Positions 20,201 through 32,037 of a stretch of DNA of 64,000 nt are shown piece after piece (the stretch's first letter is position 1; each line of letters starts with the position of its first letter). The position numbers were made by a program, and so were the translations under genes. The notes under the pieces are model-generated. The model was not told the origin of the DNA and did no database searches. It was given only the letters and a program-made list of their open reading frames with translations. The stretch spans positions 288,001-352,000 of the forward strand of contig CAWDTA010000002.1 of NCBI GenBank assembly GCA_963805085.1. The letters run 5' to 3'. The DNA comes from an uncultured Veillonellaceae bacterium (lineage in GTDB: Bacteria > Bacillota > Negativicutes > JARBTT01).

Positions 20201-23200
20201 GTCAATTCGAAGTGGATTTAAAAACTACTAAATCAATCATAGAATTTGCAATTTACATTTCATTATGAGTCAATTCGAAGTAGGACTTGTCCAATCCTTG
20301 GGAGGGATAATAGTAGGATTTACATTTCATTATGAGTCAATTCGAAGTTCAACTACTTCTCCAGCAAACTCTTTGATTTTTTCATTTACATTTCATTATG
20401 AGTCAATTCGAAGTTCGTTATCTAATGTAACCTTCGCTTTTGACTCCTTGATTTACATTTCATTATGAGTCAATTCGAAGTATATGGTGGTGGCGGTGGT
20501 GGTGTAGCAGCTTTAAAATTTACATTTCATTATGAGTCAATTCGAAGTCAGATGTGATCCTGGTTATTATCATTTTACCAAAGAAATTTACATTTCATTA
20601 TGAGTCAATTCGAAGTTTAACCGATGAAACCATAAAACACTATCGAATTGGCATTTACATTTCATTATGAGTCAATTCGAAGTAAGATAAGAAAAATAAT
20701 CCACCGCTACGATATCTATATTTACATTTCATTATGAGTCAATTCGAAGTACCGACCCCACAGAAATCCCAGGATTCCACATTATCATTTACATTTCATT
20801 ATGAGTCAATTCGAAGTTATTTCTTTATTTTTGCTTGTATTCCCTTCGTTACTTATTTACATTTCATTATGAGTCAATTCGAAGTCCGCTTGTAATCCAT
20901 TCATTGTATTTTTGTTCGAGCATTTACATTTCATTATGAGTCAATTCGAAGTTTTACATTGCTATAGCCAACAGCATAATAAGCACCAATTTACATTTCA
21001 TTATGAGTCAATTCGAAGTCTATACCCCCGAAGCCCAAAACCTAATCCTAAACCAATTTACATTTCATTATGAGTCAATTCGAAGTCTGAGGAAGGGAAC
21101 ACAGTTAAATGCAAGTTAGATTGATTTACATTTCATTATGAGTCAATTCGAAGTCTTGTAATCACTCGCTGCTTTTGTTTTTCTGATTTCATTTACATTT
21201 CATTATGAGTCAATTCGAAGTAATATTCAAAAGATACTAAAGCAATCAGATGAAATCATTTACATTTCATTATGAGTCAATTCGAAGTTTTTTCGATTGG
21301 TGGTTCGCCGCGAACGATACGGACATTTACATTTCATTATGAGTCAATTCGAAGTTAATGTCACACTCAAAAACGCAACAATATTATCCGTATTTACATT
21401 TCATTATGAGTCAATTCGAAGTTTAAAAAAGGCAACCACTTTCTAATCTCACTAACCAAATTTACATTTCATTATGAGTCAATTCGAAGTGGGTGATTCG
21501 GTTGTAATCAATGATGAAGGGCGTCCATTTACATTTCATTATGAGTCAATTCGAAGTACATCAATAAACGTCAATTTAAACATATTTAATAAACATTTAC
21601 ATTTCATTATGAGTCAATTCGAAGTGAAAGAAGGTGAAGCGATGTTAAGAGAGCAGAAAACATTTACATTTCATTATGAGTCAATTCGAAGTCAAGTGCA
21701 TTTTTCCATACGGATTTGTTTTCTACATTTACATTTCATTATGAGTCAATTCGAAGTATTTGGGATGTTGTTTAATTCCACGTTAGAAAGTACATTTACA
21801 TTTCATTATGAGTCAATTCGAAGTTGAAGATTGTTTGAAAGGCATGAAAAAGATTGATGAATTTACATTTCATTATGAGTCAATTCGAAGTTCCTGTATT
21901 GCTACTGCCTGACTGTACTCCGGTATATTTACATTTCATTATGAGTCAATTCGAAGTTCAACCGTTAAGTTGTCGCTTGGATGCAAGTTAGTAACATTTA
22001 CATTTCATTATGAGTCAATTCGAAGTTACATCTTTTAAAACTTCCTCTATATCTCTTTTCAAATTTACATTTCATTATGAGTCAATTCGAAGTGTAGTTA
22101 CTGCGTTTAAGTATCATATCGACGTAAGATTTACATTTCATTATGAGTCAATTCGAAGTTGTCACTCGTAGCAATGCCTTACTATCTGTTGCAACATTTA
22201 CATTTCATTATGAGTCAATTCGAAGTCCTACGAAAGGAGCTGAATAAATGAGTGAAATAAATTTACATTTCATTATGAGTCAATTCGAAGTATTTGGAAC
22301 AAGTGAAGATAGATTTTTGCACATAGATTTACATTTCATTATGAGTCAATTCGAAGTCCAGGCTGCTTTTCTTATGACCGCCTCATTAAGCTCATTTACA
22401 TTTCATTATGAGTCAATTCGAAGTCTCCGTATCTAGACAATGTCCTAGGCTGATAATTAATTTACATTTCATTATGAGTCAATTCGAAGTACCGTCACGT
22501 TGTACAGGTGCTAGTCCTACTTTTTCATTTACATTTCATTATGAGTCAATTCGAAGTGTACGTGCTGTATAACCCAAGTATTGATAATACACATTTACAT
22601 TTCATTATGAGTCAATTCGAAGTGCGTCTTTACCGTTTCTTTGTTTGGCTTGGTTCCATATTTACATTTCATTATGAGTCAATTCGAAGTATGGTCAACG
22701 CGAAGTATTTAAACTATTGATAATCGAATTTACATTTCATTATGAGTCAATTCGAAGTCCCGATGCCATCCATATCGGCTAACTGTTGATACTATTTACA
22801 TTTCATTATGAGTCAATTCGAAGTAATTAAAGAATCACAGAAAATTCCAAGCGTTTCTCATTTACATTTCATTATGAGTCAATTCGAAGTTATTGTTGTT
22901 GTTTATATTAGTATCATTAGCTTTCACATTTACATTTCATTATGAGTCAATTCGAAGTTTCCGAAAAAGATGCAGTGGCGCAAGCAGTATATACAATTTA
23001 CATTTCATTATGAGTCAATTCGAAGTCCTATCAAAATCAGTTAAATCAATCAATGCATGATCATTTACATTTCATTATGAGTCAATTCGAAGTATACAGA
23101 AATTATTCATTTGCGCCGTCACTTTAACCGCATTTACATTTCATTATGAGTCAATTCGAAGTTAAAATGCTTTGTGAAAGCTCCTTAATTTCTACTTGAT

Positions 23201-25259
23201 TTACATTTCATTATGAGTCAATTCGAAGTAAGTGACCATATAGAAGCAAACCCGACTATCTCACATTTACATTTCATTATGAGTCAATTCGAAGTCATCG
23301 GTTTTCACCTTACGCTTGATTGTAATATTTATATTTACATTTCATTATGAGTCAATTCGAAGTAACTTAACAATAATATAGTCTAATTTACATAATACAA
23401 ATTTACATTTCATTATGAGTCAATTCGAAGTTTGTAATTTTTTCCCCATATAATCACCTCTTTAAGGCATTTACATTTCATTATGAGTCAATTCGAAGTT
23501 GCATCGGTATTAACAACTAAATTCCTTCCAACTAAATTTACATTTCATTATGAGTCAATTCGAAGTACAATGCAAAAGATGATGTATTCTGTGTCATTAC
23601 TAGATTTACATTTCATTATGAGTCAATTCGAAGTGATACAAGTGTAATCATCTTTTCTAAATCCATAACAATTTACATTTCATTATGAGTCAATTCGAAG
23701 TTCAGTTTCTTTGATCTTACTGGTAAGGGTTGCAACTTCATTTACATTTCATTATGAGTCAATTCGAAGTGGTCCACCTTTAGGCAATAAAAACGCACTT
23801 GGTAATAAATTTACATTTCATTATGAGTCAATTCGAAGTCCTTACCAGTAAAAGCACAAAAAGCAATATTTTCTCATTTACATTTCATTATGAGTCAATT
23901 CGAAGTAAAATCTTCGTAACATTCGCGGTCATCGGCACACACATTTACATTTCATTATGAGTCAATTCGAAGTGTTTAGGATATTCAGCCGATGAACTAG
24001 TTTCTATATTTACATTTCATTATGAGTCAATTCGAAGTTTGATAAAGAAAAATTCAAGGAATCGGTTGAACGCGGATTTACATTTCATTATGAGTCAATT
24101 CGAAGTCAGGTGGAACAAAGTGCATGAATCGGATATTATCCACATTTACATTTCATTATGAGTCAATTCGAAGTAGTAGTTGCAGGCATTCCGCGTTGTC
24201 GCATAACCAGATTTACATTTCATTATGAGTCAATTCGAAGTTTGAATACCAGTATTACCAGTAGCACCTTGTATTCCTATTTACATTTCATTATGAGTCA
24301 ATTCGAAGTGTATGTTTGGATTAGCTCAAGGTGTTTCGAATAAAACATTTACATTTCATTATGAGTCAATTCGAAGTGCAATTATCACAGGGATTTCACA
24401 AGCAAATAAATTATCATTTACATTTCATTATGAGTCAATTCGAAGTTTATCTTGTGTACCGTCTCGGACTTCGTAATACTCATTTACATTTCATTATGAG
24501 TCAATTCGAAGTCCAACAGGAAATGTTATTGCGTAGCCACCAGCCTTATTTACATTTCATTATGAGTCAATTCGAAGTGCAACCCATACTTGCGAAGTAT
24601 TCACTAAATTTAAATTTACATTTCATTATGAGTCAATTCGAAGTTTTATAATGTGTGTCGACAAATTAATACTTTTATCAATTTACATTTCATTATGAGT
24701 CAATTCGAAGTGCCCCAATCTTCAGCGATGAAACCTGTGTCTCCATCATTTACATTTCATTATGAGTCAATTCGAAGTTCTGATAGCCAAGATAATATTT
24801 AAAGCCCTTCTGAAATTTACATTTCATTATGAGTCAATTCGAAGTTCGATTAAATTGATTGTTGAAGAACTCGGACCTAAATTTACATTTCATTATGAGT
24901 CAATTCGAAGTTGAAAAACATCATAAACCCCACGTTCACGTGTATTAATTTACATTTCATTATGAGTCAATTCGAAGTTCCAGGCTACCGTAGCTTTGGT
25001 AATAGCCTGTAGCGTATTCATTTACATTTCATTATGAGTCAATTCGAAGTAACGGCTTTCGCGATTGTAGAAATGTGTTTTCCGCCATTTACATTTCATT
25101 ATGAGTCAATTCGAAGTTTTACTTGCCCATAACTATAGTTATAAACGCTAATATATAAGTGAGCCACTAAAGCATAAAATGCTCACGAAAAAATGAGCCA
25201 CCTTAAATAAAATAACCTTTAAAATAGACTTAATGAAGTTTATTTTGGAGGGATAAAAG

Positions 25260-26693
25260 GTGGTAATCACATTGGAAGACTATGCTGAAATACGCAGGCT
25301 TTTTAATTCCGGTATCAGCAAACGCGCCATCGCCAGAAAGCTTGGTATATCCAGAAATACAGTAGATAAATATTGCCAAGGCGATACGGTTCCGTGGAAC
25401 AGAAAAATATACACTCGTCAGTCTTCAATCATCAGTGATGAAGTAATGGATTTCATTCGCCAATGCTTAGAAGATGATGAACGCGAAGGCATTCGTAAAC
25501 AGAAACATACCGCCAAGCGAATATTTGATCGTCTAGTTGATGAATGTAACTTTACCGGCGGTGAAAGCACTGTTCGGCGAACTGTCAATCAGCTAAAAGT
25601 GCAGGTGCAAAAGCCTTTTATTCCCCTAGAATTTGCTCCTGGTGAGGCACTTCAAATTGATTGGGGTATTGCTAAAATATATTTAAATGGGCACAAAATG
25701 GACATAAATTTGTTTTGTGCTAGACTCTGTTCCAGTGATGCGCCTAGCGTTTTTGCTTTTGAAAGGCAAAATGAAGAAAGTTTTCTTGAAGCTTTGGTAC
25801 GTACCTTCCAGTATTTTGGCGGAATTGCCAGACGTGTATTCTTTGATAATGCAAAAGTAGCTGTAAAAGAAGGATTTGGCTCACGTGCTATTAAACAAGC
25901 CCGGTATGCAGCTCTTGCAGCGCATTATGGATTTGAAACTGTTTTTTGCAATCCAGCGGAAGGGCACGAAAAAGGTTTAGTTGAAGGACTAGTCGGCTGG
26001 GCTAGGCGCAACATCTTAGTGCCCATTCCAAAAGTTGAAAGCCTTGGAGAATTAGATGCTCTGCTCTTAGAGCGGTGTAATACATACCTGAATCACACAG
26101 TTAGAGGCAAAACGTCCAATGTTGGAAAGTTGCTTGCATTTGAAAAGAATGCGCTGCTGAAAATGCCAAGTTATGTATTTGATACAAGCCGCAGTATTAC
26201 TACAAATGTAGATAGTTATTGTACTGTTCGTTTTGACACGAATAACTATTCTGTACCAATCTCCCATTGCGGTCACGAAGTGGCGGTAAAAGGTTATGGT
26301 ACAAAAGTTGTAATCTACTACCACAATGCAGTGATTGCCAAACACAACCGCTGTTATGGCAAGAAACAAACAATTTATGAACTAGCTCATTATCTTCCTC
26401 TTCTGGAGAGAAGACCACGTTCTATCTTAAATGCAAAACCAGTAAGACATGCTTTACCACAGGATATATTGGAATGGTTAGCTAGTTTACCAGTAAAAGA
26501 AATTATGAAAGCATTAAATCTTTGTGTTGAGCTTGGCGTAAATGCGATTGTAGACGCCAAACGCCAAGGGATACCGCTTGATGCTGTATGCACTAAAAGA
26601 GAACCAGCAACTACGATCATTGATAAAATCACCGTGAAACCAACAGATTTATCATTGTATGATCGTTTGTTAAGAACAGAGGCTGCCTTATGA
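25260..26693 (+). CDS. istA: IS21 transposase
   Basis: N-terminal HTH, PGEALQIDWG, FDNAK, HEKGLVE DDE motifs. Confidence 0.95.
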   Translation: MVITLEDYAEIRRLFNSGISKRAIARKLGISRNTVDKYCQGDTVPWNRKIYTRQSSIISDEVMDFIRQCLEDDEREGIRKQKHTAKRIFDRLVDECNFTGGESTVRRTVNQLKVQVQKPFIPLEFAPGEALQIDWGIAKIYLNGHKMDINLFCARLCSSDAPSVFAFERQNEESFLEALVRTFQYFGGIARRVFFDNAKVAVKEGFGSRAIKQARYAALAAHYGFETVFCNPAEGHEKGLVEGLVGWARRNILVPIPKVESLGELDALLLERCNTYLNHTVRGKTSNVGKLLAFEKNALLKMPSYVFDTSRSITTNVDSYCTVRFDTNNYSVPISHCGHEVAVKGYGTKVVIYYHNAVIAKHNRCYGKKQTIYELAHYLPLLERRPRSILNAKPVRHALPQDILEWLASLPVKEIMKALNLCVELGVNAIVDAKRQGIPLDAVCTKREPATTIIDKITVKPTDLSLYDRLLRTEAAL

Positions 26694-27433
26694 ATAGTAC
26701 AATTCATGAGAGCATTAAACTATATGCCAAGCTATTAAAATTGCCCAGTTTTACGCAATATCAAGATGTGATTCGTCAGCTAAAACCCAATATGGGATTA
26801 GATGAAATGCTCTTGGAACTTATGAAAAAAGAATACCATTCACGGCAAGACAACCAATTAAAAAGGCGAATTCATACCGCGCATTTTCCTGTAACCAAAA
26901 CATTGGAAGAACTGAATATGTCTTGCTTCGAAAACATAAAACCGATATTTGTTCAGCAGTTGGCATCCTGTGACTTTATTAAAAAACGAAGAAATATCAT
27001 AATGATTGGACCGCCTGGAACCGGTAAAACTCATCTGGCAATCGGTCTGGGGATGAAAGCCTGTGCATGTGGTTTTCGCGTGATGTTTCGTAGCGCTGCG
27101 ACGATCTCCACTGAACTTTGTGAAGCCAAAGATGCCTACAAACTATCTAAATTAGAAAAGACTATTGAAAAAACAGATTTACTCATACTTGATGAACTAT
27201 CCTATCTAAGCTTTAACCGCCACCAATCTGATCTACTATTTAAGGTCGTTTCAGAGCGCTCTGAGCGAGCTAGTATCATAGTTACCACAAACCTAGAGTT
27301 TTCACGTTGGACGGAGATGTTCGAAAATGAAACAATGGTAGCGGCCCTGGTTGACCGGCTTACATTTCGATCACATTTATTGGATATGAACGGTTCCTCG
27401 TACAGAGTAAATCATGCTATTGCTAACGATTAG
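26690..27433 (+). CDS. istB: IS21 helper AAA+ ATPase
   Basis: GPPGTGKT Walker A, LLILDE Walker B, TTNL, ALVDRL, GSSYR. Confidence 0.95.
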   Translation: MNSTIHESIKLYAKLLKLPSFTQYQDVIRQLKPNMGLDEMLLELMKKEYHSRQDNQLKRRIHTAHFPVTKTLEELNMSCFENIKPIFVQQLASCDFIKKRRNIIMIGPPGTGKTHLAIGLGMKACACGFRVMFRSAATISTELCEAKDAYKLSKLEKTIEKTDLLILDELSYLSFNRHQSDLLFKVVSERSERASIIVTTNLEFSRWTEMFENETMVAALVDRLTFRSHLLDMNGSSYRVNHAIAND

Positions 27434-30045
27434 GTGGCTCAAATATTCATGAGCACAAGTGGTTTAAAATTTCATGAGCGAGTGGCTCACTTTTTCATTG
27501 ACGTTTATACTATAGTCTTAAAAATAAAGCATTTACATTTCATTATGAGTCAATTCGAAGTTTTAACGCTTGATTCAGAACAAGAAAGTTACTATAACAT
27601 TTACATTTCATTATGAGTCAATTCGAAGTCAAATTGGACGTAGTTTGACGCAAGTATTAGATACATTTACATTTCATTATGAGTCAATTCGAAGTCAATG
27701 ATTAATGTTTGCCATTTGTGTATTTCAGGGTAATTTACATTTCATTATGAGTCAATTCGAAGTGCCTGCACCTGGATTAGAACCATTCATAACAAACTCA
27801 TTTACATTTCATTATGAGTCAATTCGAAGTTCACAGCTGGAGTTGCAGCAAATCCACCGTTGCTAATTTACATTTCATTATGAGTCAATTCGAAGTTTAA
27901 TAATATTCTTCATATAGGTTTCCCCTTTTCTAATTTACATTTCATTATGAGTCAATTCGAAGTCGTATATTTTAATGTCGTTCCAAGTATCTTTGCTGCA
28001 TTTACATTTCATTATGAGTCAATTCGAAGTTTGAAAATAGAAACATTACTTCTATTGAGTTTAAAAAATTTACATTTCATTATGAGTCAATTCGAAGTGC
28101 CAATATACACCATCAAGCTGACCTAAGATGCCGACATTTACATTTCATTATGAGTCAATTCGAAGTGTTGCTATTGCAGTAAAACAATATGTAATTCGCA
28201 AATTTACATTTCATTATGAGTCAATTCGAAGTTGAATACAGCAAGAGCACAGTTTCGTGATATTTATAAATTTACATTTCATTATGAGTCAATTCGAAGT
28301 GTCGATGGCCATATTCCATCAGGACACGACATTCTTCATTTACATTTCATTATGAGTCAATTCGAAGTTATGATAGGTGAAGCTATTGTAATTAGTCCTC
28401 AGAAATTTACATTTCATTATGAGTCAATTCGAAGTCGATGGCATTTTGTTTTGTGGTGCTAGTCGCGTACTGATTTACATTTCATTATGAGTCAATTCGA
28501 AGTATACAATCAACTATATTATCAGCGCATTGATACATTAATTTACATTTCATTATGAGTCAATTCGAAGTGCTGACAGCCAACGACTGTGTAATGTGCC
28601 ATCAAAAATTTACATTTCATTATGAGTCAATTCGAAGTGATATATATTTCTGCCAAGCACAAGACATTATATCCATTTACATTTCATTATGAGTCAATTC
28701 GAAGTTCTATATTTTGCAAGTATAATACCGCCATAGAATAAATTTACATTTCATTATGAGTCAATTCGAAGTCGTATGGGAAGATATTGTCGAGATTGCA
28801 AAAGGTACATTTACATTTCATTATGAGTCAATTCGAAGTTGCCGCGCTCGTTTCTTTTGTATTGTAAACACGCCCATTTACATTTCATTATGAGTCAATT
28901 CGAAGTGACATCCGCTCTTGATACTTTGATATCAACATCCTCATTTACATTTCATTATGAGTCAATTCGAAGTGAAACAATAAAAAAATCTATATCAGTG
29001 AATGATACAAATTTACATTTCATTATGAGTCAATTCGAAGTTTGAGAACCCCAGAAGAGCGTGCAGGAATATTGAATATTTACATTTCATTATGAGTCAA
29101 TTCGAAGTACGTACATATTGTTAATTAAAAGAGAAAATCAACCATTTACATTTCATTATGAGTCAATTCGAAGTTTGAACTGCGGTAATAACGGAATTAT
29201 AGATATCTTGATTTACATTTCATTATGAGTCAATTCGAAGTGTTTGAGTATTCGGAGCTGTAAGCATCCGAGATAAATTTACATTTCATTATGAGTCAAT
29301 TCGAAGTCTAATTGTGACTACTACGTCTACCACGTCATTTAAATTTACATTTCATTATGAGTCAATTCGAAGTATTACTTCGCCCGCAAGAAACAGACTC
29401 TGTTATTAAATTTACATTTCATTATGAGTCAATTCGAAGTCGGGCAAGCAAAGCCAATACCTTTATGGGCTGGCAAATTTACATTTCATTATGAGTCAAT
29501 TCGAAGTAAAGACACTATTTGTTATGGCTCTTATCCTATAGACATTTACATTTCATTATGAGTCAATTCGAAGTACAGTATTTCGCTGAATAGTATGTTA
29601 AGCGCTGCTATATTTACATTTCATTATGAGTCAATTCGAAGTGCTGGTGCAGTGATCTTACCAATGAATGAACATTCATTTACATTTCATTATGAGTCAA
29701 TTCGAAGTGTGTTTCTTCGGGGTCATAACCACCAGACAATCTACATTTACATTTCATTATGAGTCAATTCGAAGTATATCCGTTGTACCATAAACCGTAT
29801 AAGGTGAATAAATTTACATTTCATTATGAGTCAATTCGAAGTAGATAAAAGAAAAATGAAAGCGGGGCGGAATTATGAATTTACATTTCATTATGAGTCA
29901 ATTCGAAGTTTGGCGTAGCTGTCTGGAACGCATCTTGGGTAAATAAATTTACATTTCATTATGAGTCAATTCGAAGTTCCGGGAAATCGAATTGATTACC
30001 ATGTGATTACAAACATTTACATTTCATTATGAGTCAATTCGAAGT

Positions 30046-30235
30046 CTTTGCGTAGACAAAGCCTTATTTTTCAATACATAATTTATCATTTTCTGTCTAT
30101 CAGTTATTATATATCATGTTCGTGTATAAATCTGTAAAAATATTTTATCATATATCATCTATATTTCAGTAAATACCTATCACTACTCGTGTCTGTCGTA
30201 CCTCCTACAAAACTGCATTATTAGAGATCGACAGA
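30046..30235 (-). promoter_or_regulatory. CRISPR leader
   Basis: AT-rich 190 bp between cas2 and the first repeat, with TCTGTCG...CGACAGA inverted repeat. Confidence 0.75.
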
Positions 30236-30514
30236 TCATACAAAGTTTGAGGTTTTATCCTCTTCTTTTATGATAAATTCTTTTTTCATCCATATATTAT
30301 TTCGCCCCGTAAAAATTATACAAGAATCAATCTCTTCCCGCAAATGTTCTTTAACTTCTACCTTTAAATTCATCAATTGACTTTCTGATAACTCTCCTTC
30401 AAACACCGAATTTTGGATATGCGTCAAATATTTCTTGCAAATTTTAAAAACACGTCTTAATACTTTCTGTCCACCTTTATCCAACTTTATATCATATACC
30501 AGCACCATATACAA
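30236..30514 (-). CDS. cas2: CRISPR-associated endoribonuclease Cas2
   Basis: VLVYDI, KYLTHIQNSVFEG. Confidence 0.95.
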   Translation of the reverse strand: MYMVLVYDIKLDKGGQKVLRRVFKICKKYLTHIQNSVFEGELSESQLMNLKVEVKEHLREEIDSCIIFTGRNNIWMKKEFIIKEEDKTSNFV

Positions 30515-30521
30515 AGTAATA

Positions 30522-31514
30522 TCACCACCAAATCCTAAAAGCCTTATATGTATCAGCGCCCATCACATGTTTAATTAGTTTGTATACTTCCAAACGAATC
30601 AAGTGATTGTAGGAAACTTCACGATTTAAGCTTCTATGTTTAATACTTGTCTTCAATTTAGCATCCAATGCTTCCATGATTTTTTTCGCAACAGAATCTT
30701 TCATGCGAATACAATCTACATCTTTGTCAAAATCATTTTCATCAATAATCTTTTTATTTAGCAATGAAAAAATTAAACGATCTGCGAGCAACGGTTTAAA
30801 AATTTCCGCAACATCCAATGCCAAAGAAAAGCGTTTTACCGACGGTTCATGCAAATAGCTAATTGTTGGATTTGCCTGCGTTTTGTAAATTTCACTTAAT
30901 ACCTTTGTATAAATAATTGAATTAACAAAAGAAATCAAGGTATTGATCATATTATCTGGTGGTCTTTTCGTCCGTTTTTCAAAATCAATTTCTACATCAA
31001 TAATCGTGTCCCATGCACTATAATATATTTTTCTAATATTTCCCTCTATCCCCATAAGTTCTTGTACGTCTTTACAATAAGGAATATGCGTACTTAATAC
31101 TTTTATCTCATCCATATACGAAGATAAATCTTTTCCTCGTGCATTATAGTAGCGCAAATTTCGATAGATATTATCATAAGCACCGGATATAAATTCTCGC
31201 GCAATTTCCATTCTTTTTTCGTTGTCGGTATAATGCTCAACCTGTTTTACTAATAGTGAACCCGATACATGTTTTTCCCTCGGGCAAAAACTTCCGGTAT
31301 AAAATTCATAATAATTAAAGAAATGTACCATTACACCATTTTGCGCCAAAAAATCAAGCAATTTTGTATTTAACGTCATTTCTGAAAAAATGTAAATATC
31401 CTTTACACGCTCTATCGGAATATCCTTATTCATTCCATCCTCACGACATAGCTGCAATGAATTATCTTTACGTTTGATGTGTCCATTAGAAAAAACATAA
31501 TAAGATTGTTTCAT
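30522..31514 (-). CDS. cas1: CRISPR-associated endonuclease Cas1 (I-B)
   Basis: ELMGIEG, RPPDNMINTLISF, SYLHEP, LALDVAEIFKP. Confidence 0.96.
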   Translation of the reverse strand: MKQSYYVFSNGHIKRKDNSLQLCREDGMNKDIPIERVKDIYIFSEMTLNTKLLDFLAQNGVMVHFFNYYEFYTGSFCPREKHVSGSLLVKQVEHYTDNEKRMEIAREFISGAYDNIYRNLRYYNARGKDLSSYMDEIKVLSTHIPYCKDVQELMGIEGNIRKIYYSAWDTIIDVEIDFEKRTKRPPDNMINTLISFVNSIIYTKVLSEIYKTQANPTISYLHEPSVKRFSLALDVAEIFKPLLADRLIFSLLNKKIIDENDFDKDVDCIRMKDSVAKKIMEALDAKLKTSIKHRSLNREVSYNHLIRLEVYKLIKHVMGADTYKAFRIWW

Positions 31515-31539
31515 GTAAGCTGCCTCATTTCAAGATATT

Positions 31540-32028
31540 TTAGATATAACAAAATTCATAGTATGCACATGATTTACATGCAGGTTTATCAATGATCTGC
31601 GGTAAATTTGCTTCTGCTAAAATTTCTTTTATCAATTTCAAGTTAGTTTCTACTGTTTCCATGTCCTCTTCTGTCAAAAAAACTTCTTCCGTTAAATGCT
31701 CCTTCGGAACAGCCAGCATCCCCTTAATATCTTTCAAACCGTGTTTATGTAAAACATAGAGATAATATTTAATCTGATTAATCGCCATCTGTTTTTCTTT
31801 TTTACTTTTCTTCACTTCATAAACAATACCATTGTGAATATAGTCAATGTTAATACAATCATCTACCAGAATATGTTTTCGTTCGCGACTATAAGAAGTC
31901 TCATCAATGATTTTGCCAATCTGCACATGTTCATTCTCATCTTCTAAGCTAATATCATGTGCATATAACCACATTTTGCGTGTACATAAAAAATAGTAAG
32001 AATAAAGTACTCCTGTTACGTTTTTCAT
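31540..32028 (-). CDS. cas4: CRISPR-associated exonuclease Cas4
   Basis: CTRKMWL, EVKKS, QIKYY, CKSCAYYEFC. Confidence 0.94.
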   Translation of the reverse strand: MKNVTGVLYSYYFLCTRKMWLYAHDISLEDENEHVQIGKIIDETSYSRERKHILVDDCINIDYIHNGIVYEVKKSKKEKQMAINQIKYYLYVLHKHGLKDIKGMLAVPKEHLTEEVFLTEEDMETVETNLKLIKEILAEANLPQIIDKPACKSCAYYEFCYI

Positions 32029-32037
32029 GCTCTCACC

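Larger units (their letters stand above)
25140..27509 (+). mobile_element. IS21-family element inserted in a CRISPR spacer, 7-bp TSD CTATAGT
   Basis: IRL TATAAACGCTAATATATAAGTGAGCCACT vs IRR revcomp TATAAACGTCAATGAAAAAGTGAGCCACT; TSD 25133-25139 and 27510-27516; removal restores a 36-nt spacer. Confidence 0.92.
15589..30045 (-). CRISPR. Type I-B CRISPR array, about 157 repeats of 31 nt (ACTTCGAATTGACTCATAATGAAATGTAAAT), spacers mostly 34-38 nt, split by two IS elements
   Basis: Hand count 3 + 116 + 38 repeats (15589-15755, 17366-25117, 27531-30045); variant repeats at the 15.6-kb trailer end; leader next to cas2. Confidence 0.98.

Noticed and set aside
21558-21594. Spacer sharing ATAAACGTCAAT with the IS21 right end
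   Set aside because: Only 12 nt and the flanks disagree.
23635-23670. Spacer sharing 15 nt (TTCTAAATCCATAAC) with the ywlG start (8715-8729), possible self-targeting
   Set aside because: The rest of the spacer does not match; a 15-nt AT-rich hit is plausible by chance with about 156 spacers.
17783-29045. Many + strand ORFs with MSQFEV / FTFHYESIRS / LHFIMSQFEV repeats
   Set aside because: Translations of the CRISPR repeat, not genes.
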